From Chthoniobacteraceae bacterium (GTDB lineage Bacteria > Verrucomicrobiota > Verrucomicrobiia > Chthoniobacterales > Chthoniobacteraceae): a stretch of 26,928 nucleotides of DNA. Every line of letters starts with the position of its first letter. Position 1 is the first letter of the stretch. Position numbers and translations under genes: made by a program. This document shows, piece after piece, positions 17,805 to 26,894 of this stretch. The notes beneath the pieces are model-generated. The model did no database searches, was not told the DNA's origin, and saw nothing but the letters and a program-made list of their open reading frames with translations. The stretch spans positions 1 to 26,928 of the forward strand of contig JANNWY010000302.1 in NCBI GenBank assembly GCA_031409335.1, written 5' to 3'.

Positions 17805-19166
17805 TCAGTCCGTCAGCTCTTTCACGAACACATTCCGAAACTGCACCAGCGCGGGCGGGCTGTTCCACACGCCGTCTTTCATCCCGCCGTGATGTTGAAA
17901 ACCGATCGCGCCTTTCGCGGGAAGGTCGGGAATTTTCGCGCCGGGTAGCACGGTCTGGCCATTCAGCACGACGCTGACGTTGCCTTTGCGATGCGTGATT
18001 TCGTAGCGGTTCCACTGGCCGATGGGTTTGTCGGCTTTCACGCGCGGGGTGACGGCGGCGCGGAGTTCGGGCGGCCGTGCGCCATCCGTGCGGATTCCGT
18101 ACATTTCGCCGGAACCGACCGGCCAGCACCAGATGTTGACCTGATATTTTTCGTTGCCACCGAGGATGATGCCGGAGTCGGAATCCGGGATCGCGAGCGA
18201 AAGCGGCTGGCCATCGGCACCGCGTTCCTCACTGCCATCGGGCAGGATTTTTCGGGCGCGTGGATTGGTGTAGGGCGTTTCCTTGATGCGCCAATCGAGG
18301 ACGAGTGTGTAGTCGGCGAATTCGCGATCGGTCCACAGATGCTTCGCGCCAGGCGCTTCGCTCTTCGCGTCGTAGTCGATGACATCGCCCGCGATTTTCC
18401 AGTGGCCATTGTCACCCGCGGGCACTTTCCATCCGGCGAAATCGATGCCCGTGAAGAGCGGCAGGAAGCCCTCCGCGGATCGCGCGATTTCCTCCGGCTT
18501 GGGATCTGTCGTGGGAAGTTCGTGCAGGCGGATGTTTCGGAAGTGGCATTCCGCGCCTTCGCTTTCGAGCATCAGGTAGCCTTTCCGCGGCGACATTTCT
18601 TTTGCGATGGTGACTTCCTTGCCATTCACGCTGAGGCGGATTTCGCCGTTGTTGGCGACGAGCCGGTAGTGGTTCCACTCGGGCGAAGGTTTGCTGCGCT
18701 CCTCGGCAGGAAAGCTGCGCAGTTTGTCCGGCGAGATGCGGCCCGCCGTGGTCATCTTCGCGCCGTTCACGGGGAAGACATCGCCGTGCGTGGAATACCA
18801 TTCGTTTTTGCCGGAGGCATTGTAGCCGTTGTCGAGCACCTGCACTTCGATGCCGCGCGGATAGTTCGAGCCAATCGCCGGGAAGCCATCGCCCCACACG
18901 AAAATGCCGGAATTCCCGCCCTTGCTCATGTGCCGCCATTCGAGTTCGAGGACGAAATTTTCATACATCTTCTCCGTACGCAGGACGCCGACGGGACGCC
19001 CAGTGGTGACGAGCACGCCGTCGCGCACGGTGAATGTGCCGGGCGCGATGTTCACCGGCACCCAGCCAGTGAGGTCTTTGCCGTTAAAGATCGGCGTGAG
19101 ATTTTCGGCGTCGTCGGCAAATGCGGAGACGCTGAGGACAAGGGCGAGGAGTGCGGGGAATTTCAT
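17805..19166 (-). CDS. Tandem DUF1080 / 3-keto-disaccharide hydrolase family protein
   Basis: Two units (IFNGKDLTGW...NSG...EWN...FRNI and LFTGIDFAGW...DSG...QWN...GFQHH...FRNV); signal peptide. Confidence 0.9.
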   Translation of the reverse strand: MKFPALLALVLSVSAFADDAENLTPIFNGKDLTGWVPVNIAPGTFTVRDGVLVTTGRPVGVLRTEKMYENFVLELEWRHMSKGGNSGIFVWGDGFPAIGSNYPRGIEVQVLDNGYNASGKNEWYSTHGDVFPVNGAKMTTAGRISPDKLRSFPAEERSKPSPEWNHYRLVANNGEIRLSVNGKEVTIAKEMSPRKGYLMLESEGAECHFRNIRLHELPTTDPKPEEIARSAEGFLPLFTGIDFAGWKVPAGDNGHWKIAGDVIDYDAKSEAPGAKHLWTDREFADYTLVLDWRIKETPYTNPRARKILPDGSEERGADGQPLSLAIPDSDSGIILGGNEKYQVNIWCWPVGSGEMYGIRTDGARPPELRAAVTPRVKADKPIGQWNRYEITHRKGNVSVVLNGQTVLPGAKIPDLPAKGAIGFQHHGGMKDGVWNSPPALVQFRNVFVKELTD

Positions 19167-19490
19167 GGCGGTGCAGGATGCGCGACCGGTTGGTCAAAGA
19201 CGACTGAAATTCCAAGCCGCCGATTCGCCGCGCCGCAGTGTGAATAAAAGCGGAACCAGCGCGCCGCGAAAAGTAGCTCACGCGGCCTCCCGCGTGAATC
19301 GACACCCGCGCGCAGCGACTCTTTCAGTGGGAGGTACGCACTGGGAGTTTTGGCGCCTCGCGCGTGGGTTGAATTCATGCGGGGGCCGCATTCGGCTTGT
19401 CCCGATAAAGTTTCACGGCGGATGAGTCACGGCGGATGGTGATGGAGAACTTTTCGGATTTCGTTTTCATGCGCGCGAGTGCGCCGATTC

Positions 19491-19523
19491 CGTCCGAAAA
19501 CCGACGGAAAACTGTCCGAAAAA
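19491..19523 (+). repeat. Three imperfect 11-bp direct repeats (integrase arm-site-like)
   Basis: CGTCCGAAAAC / CGACGGAAAAC / TGTCCGAAAAA. An inverted TTTTCGGA lies at 19451-19458. Confidence 0.6.
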
Positions 19524-19579
19524 GCAAGCCGCGAAAAGAGGATTGCTTATACATCACCGCAGTCGTGGGGCTTGAAAGA

Positions 19580-19606
19580 GCGACCCTAACGGGATTCGAA
19601 CCCGTG
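19580..19606 (-). mobile_element. Isolated tRNA 3' fragment (probably tRNA-Glu), att-site remnant
   Basis: Minus strand CACGGGTTCGAATCCCGTTAGGGTCGC gives a perfect T-arm (ACGGG/TTCGAAT/CCCGT), a 7-nt acceptor strand and a G discriminator. No D arm or anticodon arm upstream. Confidence 0.8.
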
Positions 19607-19729
19607 AAGTTGCGCTTTTTCGTGTCGTATCGCTAATCCTTAAGTAACACCAAGTAAGCACTATAGGTTCCGTGACTCATCCTTGTCAAACTCATGAGCG
19701 GTCACCAATAGGCACGAAAACAGCCGGAG

Positions 19730-19748
19730 TTTGTCACGTTTTGTCACG
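19730..19748 (+). repeat. Tandem TTTGTCACG x2 (integrase arm-site-like)
   Basis: 10-bp period. Additional TTGTCA cores at 19683 and 19757. Confidence 0.55.
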
Positions 19749-20081
19749 AGCAACTCTTGTCAGAGCGGGGCATTTGCGAGGTAGATTGCGCGCTACCACC
19801 TCTTGCTCGCTTCCTCGCCTCGCCACGGCCGCGCTATCCGAAGCCACGCGCTGGACGCTCCCGAGTTACTTGAAAACACACCCGGCTACGCTGGGGCAGG
19901 TAGAGCTGATGCAAGCCTGTGGGAAGGCGCAATCCGGTATTCACCGGTCAACCCACCGGCCGATCGAAGACGACATGAACGACCTCGCGTTTGGTGGACC
20001 AGATTTTTGCCCCGCTATTAAGTGACGGAAAAAAACTGTCCGGAGCGTTCTTCCCATTCGGCAATCGAATCGCGGGCTAGC

Positions 20082-20870
20082 CTATTGAGGCGGATTGCGC
20101 GGGAGAGTAATTTCCTTGAAACCGTCGGGCGTAAATTCACGGTCGGCGTAAATCACGCCGTGTTTGATCTTGGAGCCATCCAAAGTCGTGGCCGAGGTTT
20201 GGCCCGGGCGGCGCACGGAGAGGTTGGCGGGAGTTTGTCGGCCATCCACGGCGACGACGCGGGTTGTGTCGATGCGGCGCAGCAGTTGGCCGGAGGTTGA
20301 GTATTTCTCCACGCGCAGCGGAACCAGCCGGCGGGTGTCGATCCAACTGCGCACGCTACCGTAGATCGAGCGACCGCCCTTGCCGCCGGGCTTCGATTCC
20401 AGAATCTGGCAGGTTACGCCGTCCACTTCCTCGGTGTCGGCGAGGGCTTGCTGATCCCAGGCGAAAAAATTCTCAACCACATCCGCATAGGCCAGGTCGC
20501 TGCCGAAAAGTGCGCCCTTAAGATCGCCCGCGTCGAGTTCGCGGACGGAATCGGGCGGCACGAAAACGGTGCCGCTGGCGGGCCGGTTGCCCATCCTTCG
20601 CAGGAGGACGGCTTCGCCTTTCCGCTCCTTCGGCCAAAGCACTTGATAAAGGACTTCGGTGGAGTTTTTCGCGCGGCGTTGCTTGATCTGGAGTTGGAGA
20701 GTGCTGTCGCCAGCGCCTTTCACGTCCAGTCGCACACGGACGAAGGAATTGCCGTCCTCCAGACCCGCGCTCAGCCGGGAGGCGAGATCTGATGCGGACA
20801 GCGCGATAGGCGCATCCGCAGCACTGGCGATGGCAGCAAAAAGGGAGATGGTGGCGAGGAAGAGTTTCAT
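20082..20870 (-). CDS. Outer-membrane lipoprotein-sorting (LolA-like) periplasmic protein
   Basis: Signal peptide; P.ERKG..LL, LFGSDLAYAD, C.ILES.P, S.YG.V.SWID...PLRVE.Y. Follows an ABC permease. Confidence 0.75.
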   Translation of the reverse strand: MKLFLATISLFAAIASAADAPIALSASDLASRLSAGLEDGNSFVRVRLDVKGAGDSTLQLQIKQRRAKNSTEVLYQVLWPKERKGEAVLLRRMGNRPASGTVFVPPDSVRELDAGDLKGALFGSDLAYADVVENFFAWDQQALADTEEVDGVTCQILESKPGGKGGRSIYGSVRSWIDTRRLVPLRVEKYSTSGQLLRRIDTTRVVAVDGRQTPANLSVRRPGQTSATTLDGSKIKHGVIYADREFTPDGFKEITLPRNPPQ

Positions 20871-20906
20871 ATGCAATCAAATCGGATCGGGAGAAACGAC
20901 GGGATG

Positions 20907-22022
20907 TCAGCCTTGCAAGGCGTGGCTGGGCGAGAGGCGCGAGCTGCGCCAGGCGGGATAGACGCCGCTGATGATGCCGACGATGACGGCGATGGCGACG
21001 GATGTGGCGAGGAGCGCGGGGTTCAAGTCGGCCTCCAGCATGCCGCGGAGTGCGGGCGTGGCTTCGAGCACCTTCACGCCGATCACGCCGATGAGCACGC
21101 CGCCGATGCCGCCGAGGAAGCCGAGCAGCGCGGATTCGAGGAGGATCATGCGAAAGATGCGGCGGCGTTTCCAGCCGACGGCGAGCAGGATGCAAATCTC
21201 CTGGGTGCGCTCGAAGACGGTCATGAGCATCGTGTTCATCACGCCGAGCACGCCGACGAGCACGGCGAGCAGCGACGTGCCCCAGCTCATCGCCCGGATC
21301 ATTTTGTAGGCCTGGCTGTTGCGGATGTGGTCGCTCGCGATCACGGCGCGCGCTTCGGGGATGAGGCGGGTGATCTCGGTGGAAAGCTTGGTCAGCTCTT
21401 CCTTCGACGTGCCGGGCGTGGCGCGCAGGTCGATGATGTTAATCTTCCCTTCGTTCCCCGTGATCTTTTGCATGAGCGGGAGGGACAAAATCACCGAGCC
21501 ATTTTCCACGACCGCGCCGCCGTCCACGATGCCGACGACGGCCAGTTCCTCGGTTTCGAGTTGGAGCGTGTCGCCGACTTTTTTCTTGAGCACTTCCGCC
21601 GCGGTCTTGCCTAAAACGACCGCGGATTCCGCGGCGTCGCGTGGCAGTCGCCCCTCGGTCACCTTGAGGTTCCTCCAACTGAACCCGCCCCATTCGCGCG
21701 CGGAGACGATCATCATCTCGGCGGTCTCGATGCTCATGAGTTCCACGAAGATCGCGCACGTTTCGGCGACATGCGGCAGCGCGGTGATCCGATCGCGCAC
21801 CGCGGCGGGAAACGGTTTCGGCGTGAGCGCGCTGCCCATGTTGCTGACCACGACATCGGTGCCGCGTGACTTCATGCCGCTCTCCCAACTGCTCTCGAAC
21901 CCGCGCGAAATCCCGACGAGCGCGACCACGGCGGCGATGCCGATGGAGATGCCGACGAGCGTGAGCCCGGTGCGGACCGGACGGCGCTTCAGGCCATGCG
22001 TGACGATGGAGAGAAAGGTCAT
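20907..22022 (-). CDS. ABC transporter permease (MacB/FtsX/LolE type)
   Basis: RT.LT..GISIGIAAVV, NTMLMTVFERTQEI.IL.AVGW, YPAWRSSRLSP. Confidence 0.9.
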   Translation of the reverse strand: MTFLSIVTHGLKRRPVRTGLTLVGISIGIAAVVALVGISRGFESSWESGMKSRGTDVVVSNMGSALTPKPFPAAVRDRITALPHVAETCAIFVELMSIETAEMMIVSAREWGGFSWRNLKVTEGRLPRDAAESAVVLGKTAAEVLKKKVGDTLQLETEELAVVGIVDGGAVVENGSVILSLPLMQKITGNEGKINIIDLRATPGTSKEELTKLSTEITRLIPEARAVIASDHIRNSQAYKMIRAMSWGTSLLAVLVGVLGVMNTMLMTVFERTQEICILLAVGWKRRRIFRMILLESALLGFLGGIGGVLIGVIGVKVLEATPALRGMLEADLNPALLATSVAIAVIVGIISGVYPAWRSSRLSPSHALQG

Positions 22023-22726
22023 GGCTGGTTCGCGTTGGCCCGATCGGAAACGATGCGGCCGTCTTTCATTTCGATGACGCGCGACGCCTGCGCGGCGATG
22101 CCAAGGTCGTGCGTCACGAGCACGAGCGTGAAGTTTTGCTCGCGGCGCAGACGGACGATGAGGTCGAGGACGAGCGCCGCGTTTTCGCTGTCGAGATTGC
22201 CCGTCGGTTCGTCGGCGAGCAGGACGCCCGCGCCGTTCGCGAGACTGCGCGCGATGGCCACGCGCTGGCGTTCGCCGCCGGAGAGCTTCGCGGGAAAATG
22301 ATCCTGCCGCGATTCGAGTCCGACGAGCTTGAGCAACTCGCCCGCGCGCTGGTTTCGCTCGGAGGCGGAGCGCGGCGTTTCAAACATCGGGATCTGCACG
22401 TTCTCGAGCGCGGTGAAGGTCGGGAGCAGATGGAACGCTTGGAAAATGAAGCCGACCTCGTGGGCGCGATACGCGGCGAGATCGGCGCGCTCGGCGAGTG
22501 AAGTGCCGCGATAAAGCAGCGAGCCCGCGCTCGGATGGTCGAGCGCGCCGAGCATTTGCAGCAGCGTGGATTTTCCTGATCCGCTCTGCCCGACGATCGC
22601 GACGAACTCGCCCTGCTCGATCCGGAAATCGACGCCACGCAGCGCGCGCACCTGCCCATCGTCGTATTCCTTTTCCAGCCCGATGGCCTCGAACACGCAG
22701 CCCGCGCCGCCATTTAGGAGCGTCAT
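22019..22726 (-). CDS. ABC transporter ATP-binding protein (LolD/MacB type)
   Basis: GQSGSGKST, LSGGERQRVAIAR, LLADEPTGNLD, VTHD. The ATG at 22726 overlaps the desaturase stop (TGATG). Confidence 0.92.
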   Translation of the reverse strand: MTLLNGGAGCVFEAIGLEKEYDDGQVRALRGVDFRIEQGEFVAIVGQSGSGKSTLLQMLGALDHPSAGSLLYRGTSLAERADLAAYRAHEVGFIFQAFHLLPTFTALENVQIPMFETPRSASERNQRAGELLKLVGLESRQDHFPAKLSGGERQRVAIARSLANGAGVLLADEPTGNLDSENAALVLDLIVRLRREQNFTLVLVTHDLGIAAQASRVIEMKDGRIVSDRANANQP

Positions 22727-23715
22727 CAGCTTGTCGCCTGCTTCGCCATTTCCTGGCGCGTGGGTTTGGCCATGCCGCGCCATTGGGCACCGACTCGCGG
22801 GTCGGCGAGATTGATGAACAGATCGCGCACCGCCGCCCCGAACGTGCGGAAGGGCGGACGCTCCTCGTCGGCGCTGGGCTCGAGCGCGTCGGCGTGCTGC
22901 GGCAGTTCCGGATGCGGCAGCCCCGAGCGCCAATGATGGACGCCGTGATACGGCTCGTGGAGCAGCGTAAAATTCAGGAACGTCGCGACCCAGCCCTCGG
23001 CCACGATGCTGCGCGTCGAGCTGTTCACGGTCGAGCCGGTGAGGCCCACGTGCTCCACGTATTTGCGCAGGCTTTGCATGTTCGCCGCGAGCCACGCGGG
23101 CATGACGTGCAGCCACAGGAAATACTTCCACAGATCGAAGATCGCGATGGCCGTGAGGATCGCGGCCCAGACCACCGCCGTTCCCGCGAACTCGATCCAA
23201 ATGCGGCGGCGCAGCTTCTTGTTCCGAATCGGCGAACCGGCGCGGAGGAACGTGCGGATGAAAAGGAACGGCGTGAAGAACAGGCCCATCGTGAGTTCCA
23301 AAACCGCCGCCCCGACGCGCGCCCAGCGCGGCATCTCCGGATGGACGAAAGGCCAGAGTTCTTCGTCGCGCTCGGAGGCGAGATAGGCGTGGTGCAATTG
23401 GTGCGCGGCGCGATAGAGGCTGAAGCTCATGAGGCTCAGCGTGCCGATGATGATCCCGTCGATTTCATTCAAGATGCGGCTCTTGCGCAGCAGCCCGTGC
23501 GTCGCCTCGTGAAAGCCGATGAGCATCGCGTGCATGAGGTGGCTCGTGACGAACACGAGCGGCACGGCGATCCAGTAATTCGCGTGATACACCGCGAAGC
23601 CGAGCCCGACCTGCGACGCCATGAACATCAGCGCGAGCATTTGAAAAGCGGCGCGGCTGATCCAGTGCGGTTCGTGCGGTTCGATGGTGGAATCGGTGGC
23701 GTTCATCGTGGTCAC
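22726..23715 (-). CDS. Membrane fatty acid desaturase family protein
   Basis: His boxes HEATH, HQLHH, HGVHH; transmembrane segments. Confidence 0.88.
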   Translation of the reverse strand: MTTMNATDSTIEPHEPHWISRAAFQMLALMFMASQVGLGFAVYHANYWIAVPLVFVTSHLMHAMLIGFHEATHGLLRKSRILNEIDGIIIGTLSLMSFSLYRAAHQLHHAYLASERDEELWPFVHPEMPRWARVGAAVLELTMGLFFTPFLFIRTFLRAGSPIRNKKLRRRIWIEFAGTAVVWAAILTAIAIFDLWKYFLWLHVMPAWLAANMQSLRKYVEHVGLTGSTVNSSTRSIVAEGWVATFLNFTLLHEPYHGVHHWRSGLPHPELPQHADALEPSADEERPPFRTFGAAVRDLFINLADPRVGAQWRGMAKPTRQEMAKQATS

Positions 23716-25061
23716 GTTTTGAGAGCGGCCACGCGACTCTCCGGCAGACGGCCCGCGCCCGCCAGCACTGCTTCAAACATGCGGCCCAGGTTCTCGATTT
23801 CCTCGCGCGGAAAAAGATTCGGGCGAAACAGCCAGACGACTTCCAACCGCTCGCCTTCCTCGGTGATTTCGCACGCGAGATGAAACCGCGCGGTGCCCGT
23901 GGAGCACATCCGCAGTTTCGCCGACAGGCCGGGCAGCGCGACGTCGGGGATCGGGTGATTTTGCAACGCGAAGCGCACCTCGAACGCGGGGTTGTGTCCC
24001 GGCGCGGGCGCATCGCCGATGGCCTGCACGAGTTCGGCGAAGGGCATCGCGTTGGCGAAGGCATCGACGGTGGATTGATGCGTGGCGCGCACGCTGGCGG
24101 CGAACGGGCGATCCGCATCCACTCGCGCGCGCAGCGGCACGATGCCGGCGAAGTAACCCATCGTCTCGCGCGACGCCTCTTTGTTGCGATTCGCGACGGG
24201 CGTGCCGACCACGATGTCCGTGGCGCCGGTCCATTGCGACAGCGCGATTTGAAACGCGGTGAGCAGCGTGCTGAAAAGCGTCGCGCCGTTGCGGCGGGCG
24301 AGTTCGCGCGCGGTGTCGGCGAGTTCGGCGGGGAAATAGGAGACCGTCCGGTGATGCGCGCCGGCTGCGGTTTGCGGTCCTTCGAGTTCGGGCCAAAGCC
24401 GCGCGCTGCCCGCGAGATACCTTTTCCAAAACGCCGCGCGCTGGGCGAGTTCCGCGGGCGTCCAGAACGCGCGTTCGGCCGCGCCCCACGCGGTGTAGGA
24501 TAGCGGCACGGACGGCAGCGCGTCGCGCACGCCGCGCTTTTCCAGCATGTAGGCGACGACCAGGTCCTGCACGAAGACGCCGAGCGTCCAGCCATCGGCG
24601 ATGGCGTGATGGATGGCGAACGCGAGGACGTGATCGTCAGCAGAGCGGGAGAGGAGTTCGACGCGATAAAGCGGCCCCTGCACGAGATCGAACGGCTCGC
24701 TAAAAATCGCGCGCGCGAGTTCCTCGACGGCCTCGGGCGAGCGCTGCGCCGGACCGAGTTCGCGGTGGCGGAAATTCGCGGGCGCATCCTTGCGGATCAT
24801 TTGCACAGGCCGTTCCTTGCCCGGCAGGAAGGAAACGCGCAGCGCCTCCTGCCGCTGCACCACGCGCGCAATAGCCACCTCGCAAGCCTCCGGCGTGATC
24901 GCGCCCCGCACCTCGATGAAGCAGCAGATATGATTCGCCATGTCTCCCGCCGGGACCGGCGAAGCCTCCCACAGCTCCCGCTGCGGAAACGTCAGCGGCT
25001 GGAGAAGGATGTCGCCGTTCTGCAGCCGTTCCTTGAGAAGTGCGCGTTTGTCAGTGGGCAT
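23712..25061 (-). CDS. Standalone NRPS condensation domain protein
   Basis: PLTFPQRELW, RQEALRVSF, PFDLVQGPL, active site HHAIADG, DIVVGTPVANR, GYF. No A or T domain. Confidence 0.9.
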   Translation of the reverse strand: MPTDKRALLKERLQNGDILLQPLTFPQRELWEASPVPAGDMANHICCFIEVRGAITPEACEVAIARVVQRQEALRVSFLPGKERPVQMIRKDAPANFRHRELGPAQRSPEAVEELARAIFSEPFDLVQGPLYRVELLSRSADDHVLAFAIHHAIADGWTLGVFVQDLVVAYMLEKRGVRDALPSVPLSYTAWGAAERAFWTPAELAQRAAFWKRYLAGSARLWPELEGPQTAAGAHHRTVSYFPAELADTARELARRNGATLFSTLLTAFQIALSQWTGATDIVVGTPVANRNKEASRETMGYFAGIVPLRARVDADRPFAASVRATHQSTVDAFANAMPFAELVQAIGDAPAPGHNPAFEVRFALQNHPIPDVALPGLSAKLRMCSTGTARFHLACEITEEGERLEVVWLFRPNLFPREEIENLGRMFEAVLAGAGRLPESRVAALKT

Positions 25062-25134
25062 CCGATTTAGGCGCGGTCTGAGACGAAGAAAAAACCGGCG
25101 CGCGGCATTCGCGGGCGTCCGGTTTCGGATTTAA

Positions 25135-25187
25135 CGCAAAGACGCAAAGGCGCAAAGGCCGCAGAGGTGGCAGAGGTGGCAGAGGTC
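25135..25187 (+). repeat. Short tandem repeats: CGCAAAG x3 (8-nt period), then GCAGAGGTG/C x3
   Basis: Seen directly in the sequence. Confidence 0.8.
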
Positions 25188-25220
25188 GATGTGCTGGTGG
25201 ATGTCGATGAGGCGGTCCGC

Positions 25221-25262
25221 AGGCCAACGGCCTGAAACAAGCCAGCCCAGGGCAACGCCCTG
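25221..25262 (+). repeat. REP-like palindromic element interrupted by the IS
   Basis: Hairpins AGGCC-AAC-GGCCT and CAGGGC-AAC-GCCCTG share the same AAC loop. Confidence 0.6.
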
Positions 25263-25278
25263 AGGCTTATACACATCT
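25260..25278 (+). repeat. IS50/Tn5-like left terminal inverted repeat
   Basis: CTGAGGCTTATACACATCT matches the Tn5 mosaic end CTGTCTCTTATACACATCT at 16/19 positions. It ends 108 bp before the transposase ATG. Confidence 0.85.
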
Positions 25279-25386
25279 CCTTGCTCATTTCGGTGGCAAA
25301 ATATTCTGCATTAAAGACTTGTACGATTATTATTATCGTCCCACAAACGTGAGTGTGCGGCCCCTCTGGGTGCCGCCACTCACTTC

Positions 25387-26814
25387 ATGCCGGACCGTAT
25401 CGAACACGATTTCCTGGGGGCTGACCTCGGCGACGCCAGGCGCAACCGCCGCCTGGGCCGCGTGGCTGCCCAGCTGGCCCAAGCTCCGGCAGCGAGTATT
25501 TCCGCAGCCTGCGGGGGGTGGGCCGAAGCGATGGCGGCATACCGCCTTTTGCATGCTCCGCAGGTCACGCCCGGCGCGATTCTCGCGCCCCATCAGCGCG
25601 CGCTCCTGGCGCGGGCGGCCACGGTGCCATGTGTGCTCCTCGTTCAGGATACGACCGAGATCGACTTTTCCCACATGAAGGCGATGGAGGGTTGCGGCCC
25701 GCTCAATGATGAGGCGCGCCGGGGTTTTTTCATGCACTCGCTTTATGTGCTCAGCGAAGCGGGCTTGCCCTTGGGCGTGCTCGACACCGCGATCGTCGCG
25801 CGCCGCGATGAGGATTTCCGCCGCGCCGCGGCGCGCAAGCACACCCCCATCGGGCAAAAGGAGAGCTGGCGCTGGGTGCAGGGCTATCTGCGCACGCAGG
25901 AGGCGGCGCGCCAGTTGCCGGGCTGCGAGATCTTTTCCATCAGCGATCGGGAGGGCGATATTTACGAGGTCTTCGAAGCTTGGGCGCAGGCCGGGGCGGA
26001 CGGGGGGCCTCGCGCGCACTGGATCATCCGCGCCAACCAGGACCGCGCGCTGGAGGGCCTCGCGGTGGATGCGCCGCAAAAGCTTTTTGCGGCGCTGGCG
26101 GCCGCGCCCGAGCTGGGCACCATCGAGTTCCGGGTCTCGGCCAAACGGCAGAAAAAGAAGATCAAGGGCTCCACGGTGCAGGTGGCGCGCAGCGCCCGGA
26201 TGGTGCATCAGCGGCTGCGCGCCATGCCCATCACGCCGCGGCCACCTTTTCGCCGGGGCGGCAAGCTGTCCGCGGTCTCTTTTTGGGCGGTGCTCGCCGA
26301 AGAGATCGAGCCGCCGCCGGGCGAGGAGCCCCTGCGCTGGCTGCTGCTCACCAGCGCGGAGGTGACCACCCTGGAAGCGGCCCGCCGCATCGTGGCGCTC
26401 TATCTGCGGCGTTGGGACATCGAGGTCTTTCACCGCGTTTTGAAGACCGGCTGCCGCGTCGAGGCGCTCCAACTCAAGGACCATCAGGCGGTGCGCAACT
26501 GCCTGACCCTCTACGCGATCATCGCGTGGCGCATCCTCTATCTGACCCATCTCGGGCGGCAATGCCCGGAGCTGCCTTGCGGCGCGGTCTTCGAGGAGGC
26601 CGAGTGGAAGGCCGCCTGCACCGTGGCCGCCACCGGGAAAAAACGCGGGCCGTTGCGCGAGCCCACGCTGGGGGAGTTCATCGCGCTGGTGGCGAAGTTT
26701 GGCGGCCATCTCGCTCGCCGGGGCGATAAACCGCCCGGGGCGCAGGCCCTCTGGCAGGGGCTCTCGAGGGTGCGCGATTTTGCCTGCGCCTGGCAGGCCA
26801 TCCACCGCGCGTAA
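25387..26814 (+). CDS. IS4 family (Tn5/IS50-like) DDE transposase
   Basis: LGDARR..RL, QDTT, KES.RW, DREGDIYE, W.LLTS, YREK signature YLRRWDIEVFHRVLK, GG.L.R.GD.PPG...LW.G. Confidence 0.95.
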   Translation: MPDRIEHDFLGADLGDARRNRRLGRVAAQLAQAPAASISAACGGWAEAMAAYRLLHAPQVTPGAILAPHQRALLARAATVPCVLLVQDTTEIDFSHMKAMEGCGPLNDEARRGFFMHSLYVLSEAGLPLGVLDTAIVARRDEDFRRAAARKHTPIGQKESWRWVQGYLRTQEAARQLPGCEIFSISDREGDIYEVFEAWAQAGADGGPRAHWIIRANQDRALEGLAVDAPQKLFAALAAAPELGTIEFRVSAKRQKKKIKGSTVQVARSARMVHQRLRAMPITPRPPFRRGGKLSAVSFWAVLAEEIEPPPGEEPLRWLLLTSAEVTTLEAARRIVALYLRRWDIEVFHRVLKTGCRVEALQLKDHQAVRNCLTLYAIIAWRILYLTHLGRQCPELPCGAVFEEAEWKAACTVAATGKKRGPLREPTLGEFIALVAKFGGHLARRGDKPPGAQALWQGLSRVRDFACAWQAIHRA

Positions 26815-26894
26815 GCCCGCGGCCACCCCGGTGCCCGGCTCCGGTGCTGGCGCGCTTTGGCTTGCCCGGATGTCGCCACGAGCACCCGCGCCGG

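Noticed and set aside
19580..19660. Complete tRNA gene
   Set aside because: Only the T-arm and 3' acceptor strand are present. There is no D arm, anticodon arm or CCA.
19672..20025. 117-aa ORF next to the att site as an integrase remnant
   Set aside because: No recognisable tyrosine-recombinase residues, and it runs through the arm-like repeats.
22727..23200. N-terminal extension of the ABC ATPase ORF
   Set aside because: It overlaps the desaturase in another frame. The coupled ATG at 22726 fits better.
25135..25187. CRISPR array (also considered at 26895-26928)
   Set aside because: The units are 8-12 bp with no spacers, and no cas genes are present.
25260..25278. Nextera adapter contamination
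   Set aside because: It differs from the mosaic end at three positions, lacks downstream adapter sequence, and sits correctly upstream of an IS50-type transposase.
25333..26826. Long antisense ORFs (here, 16235-17761, 12807-14261, 17991-19247 and others)
   Set aside because: Shadow ORFs of GC-rich genes with no motifs of their own.
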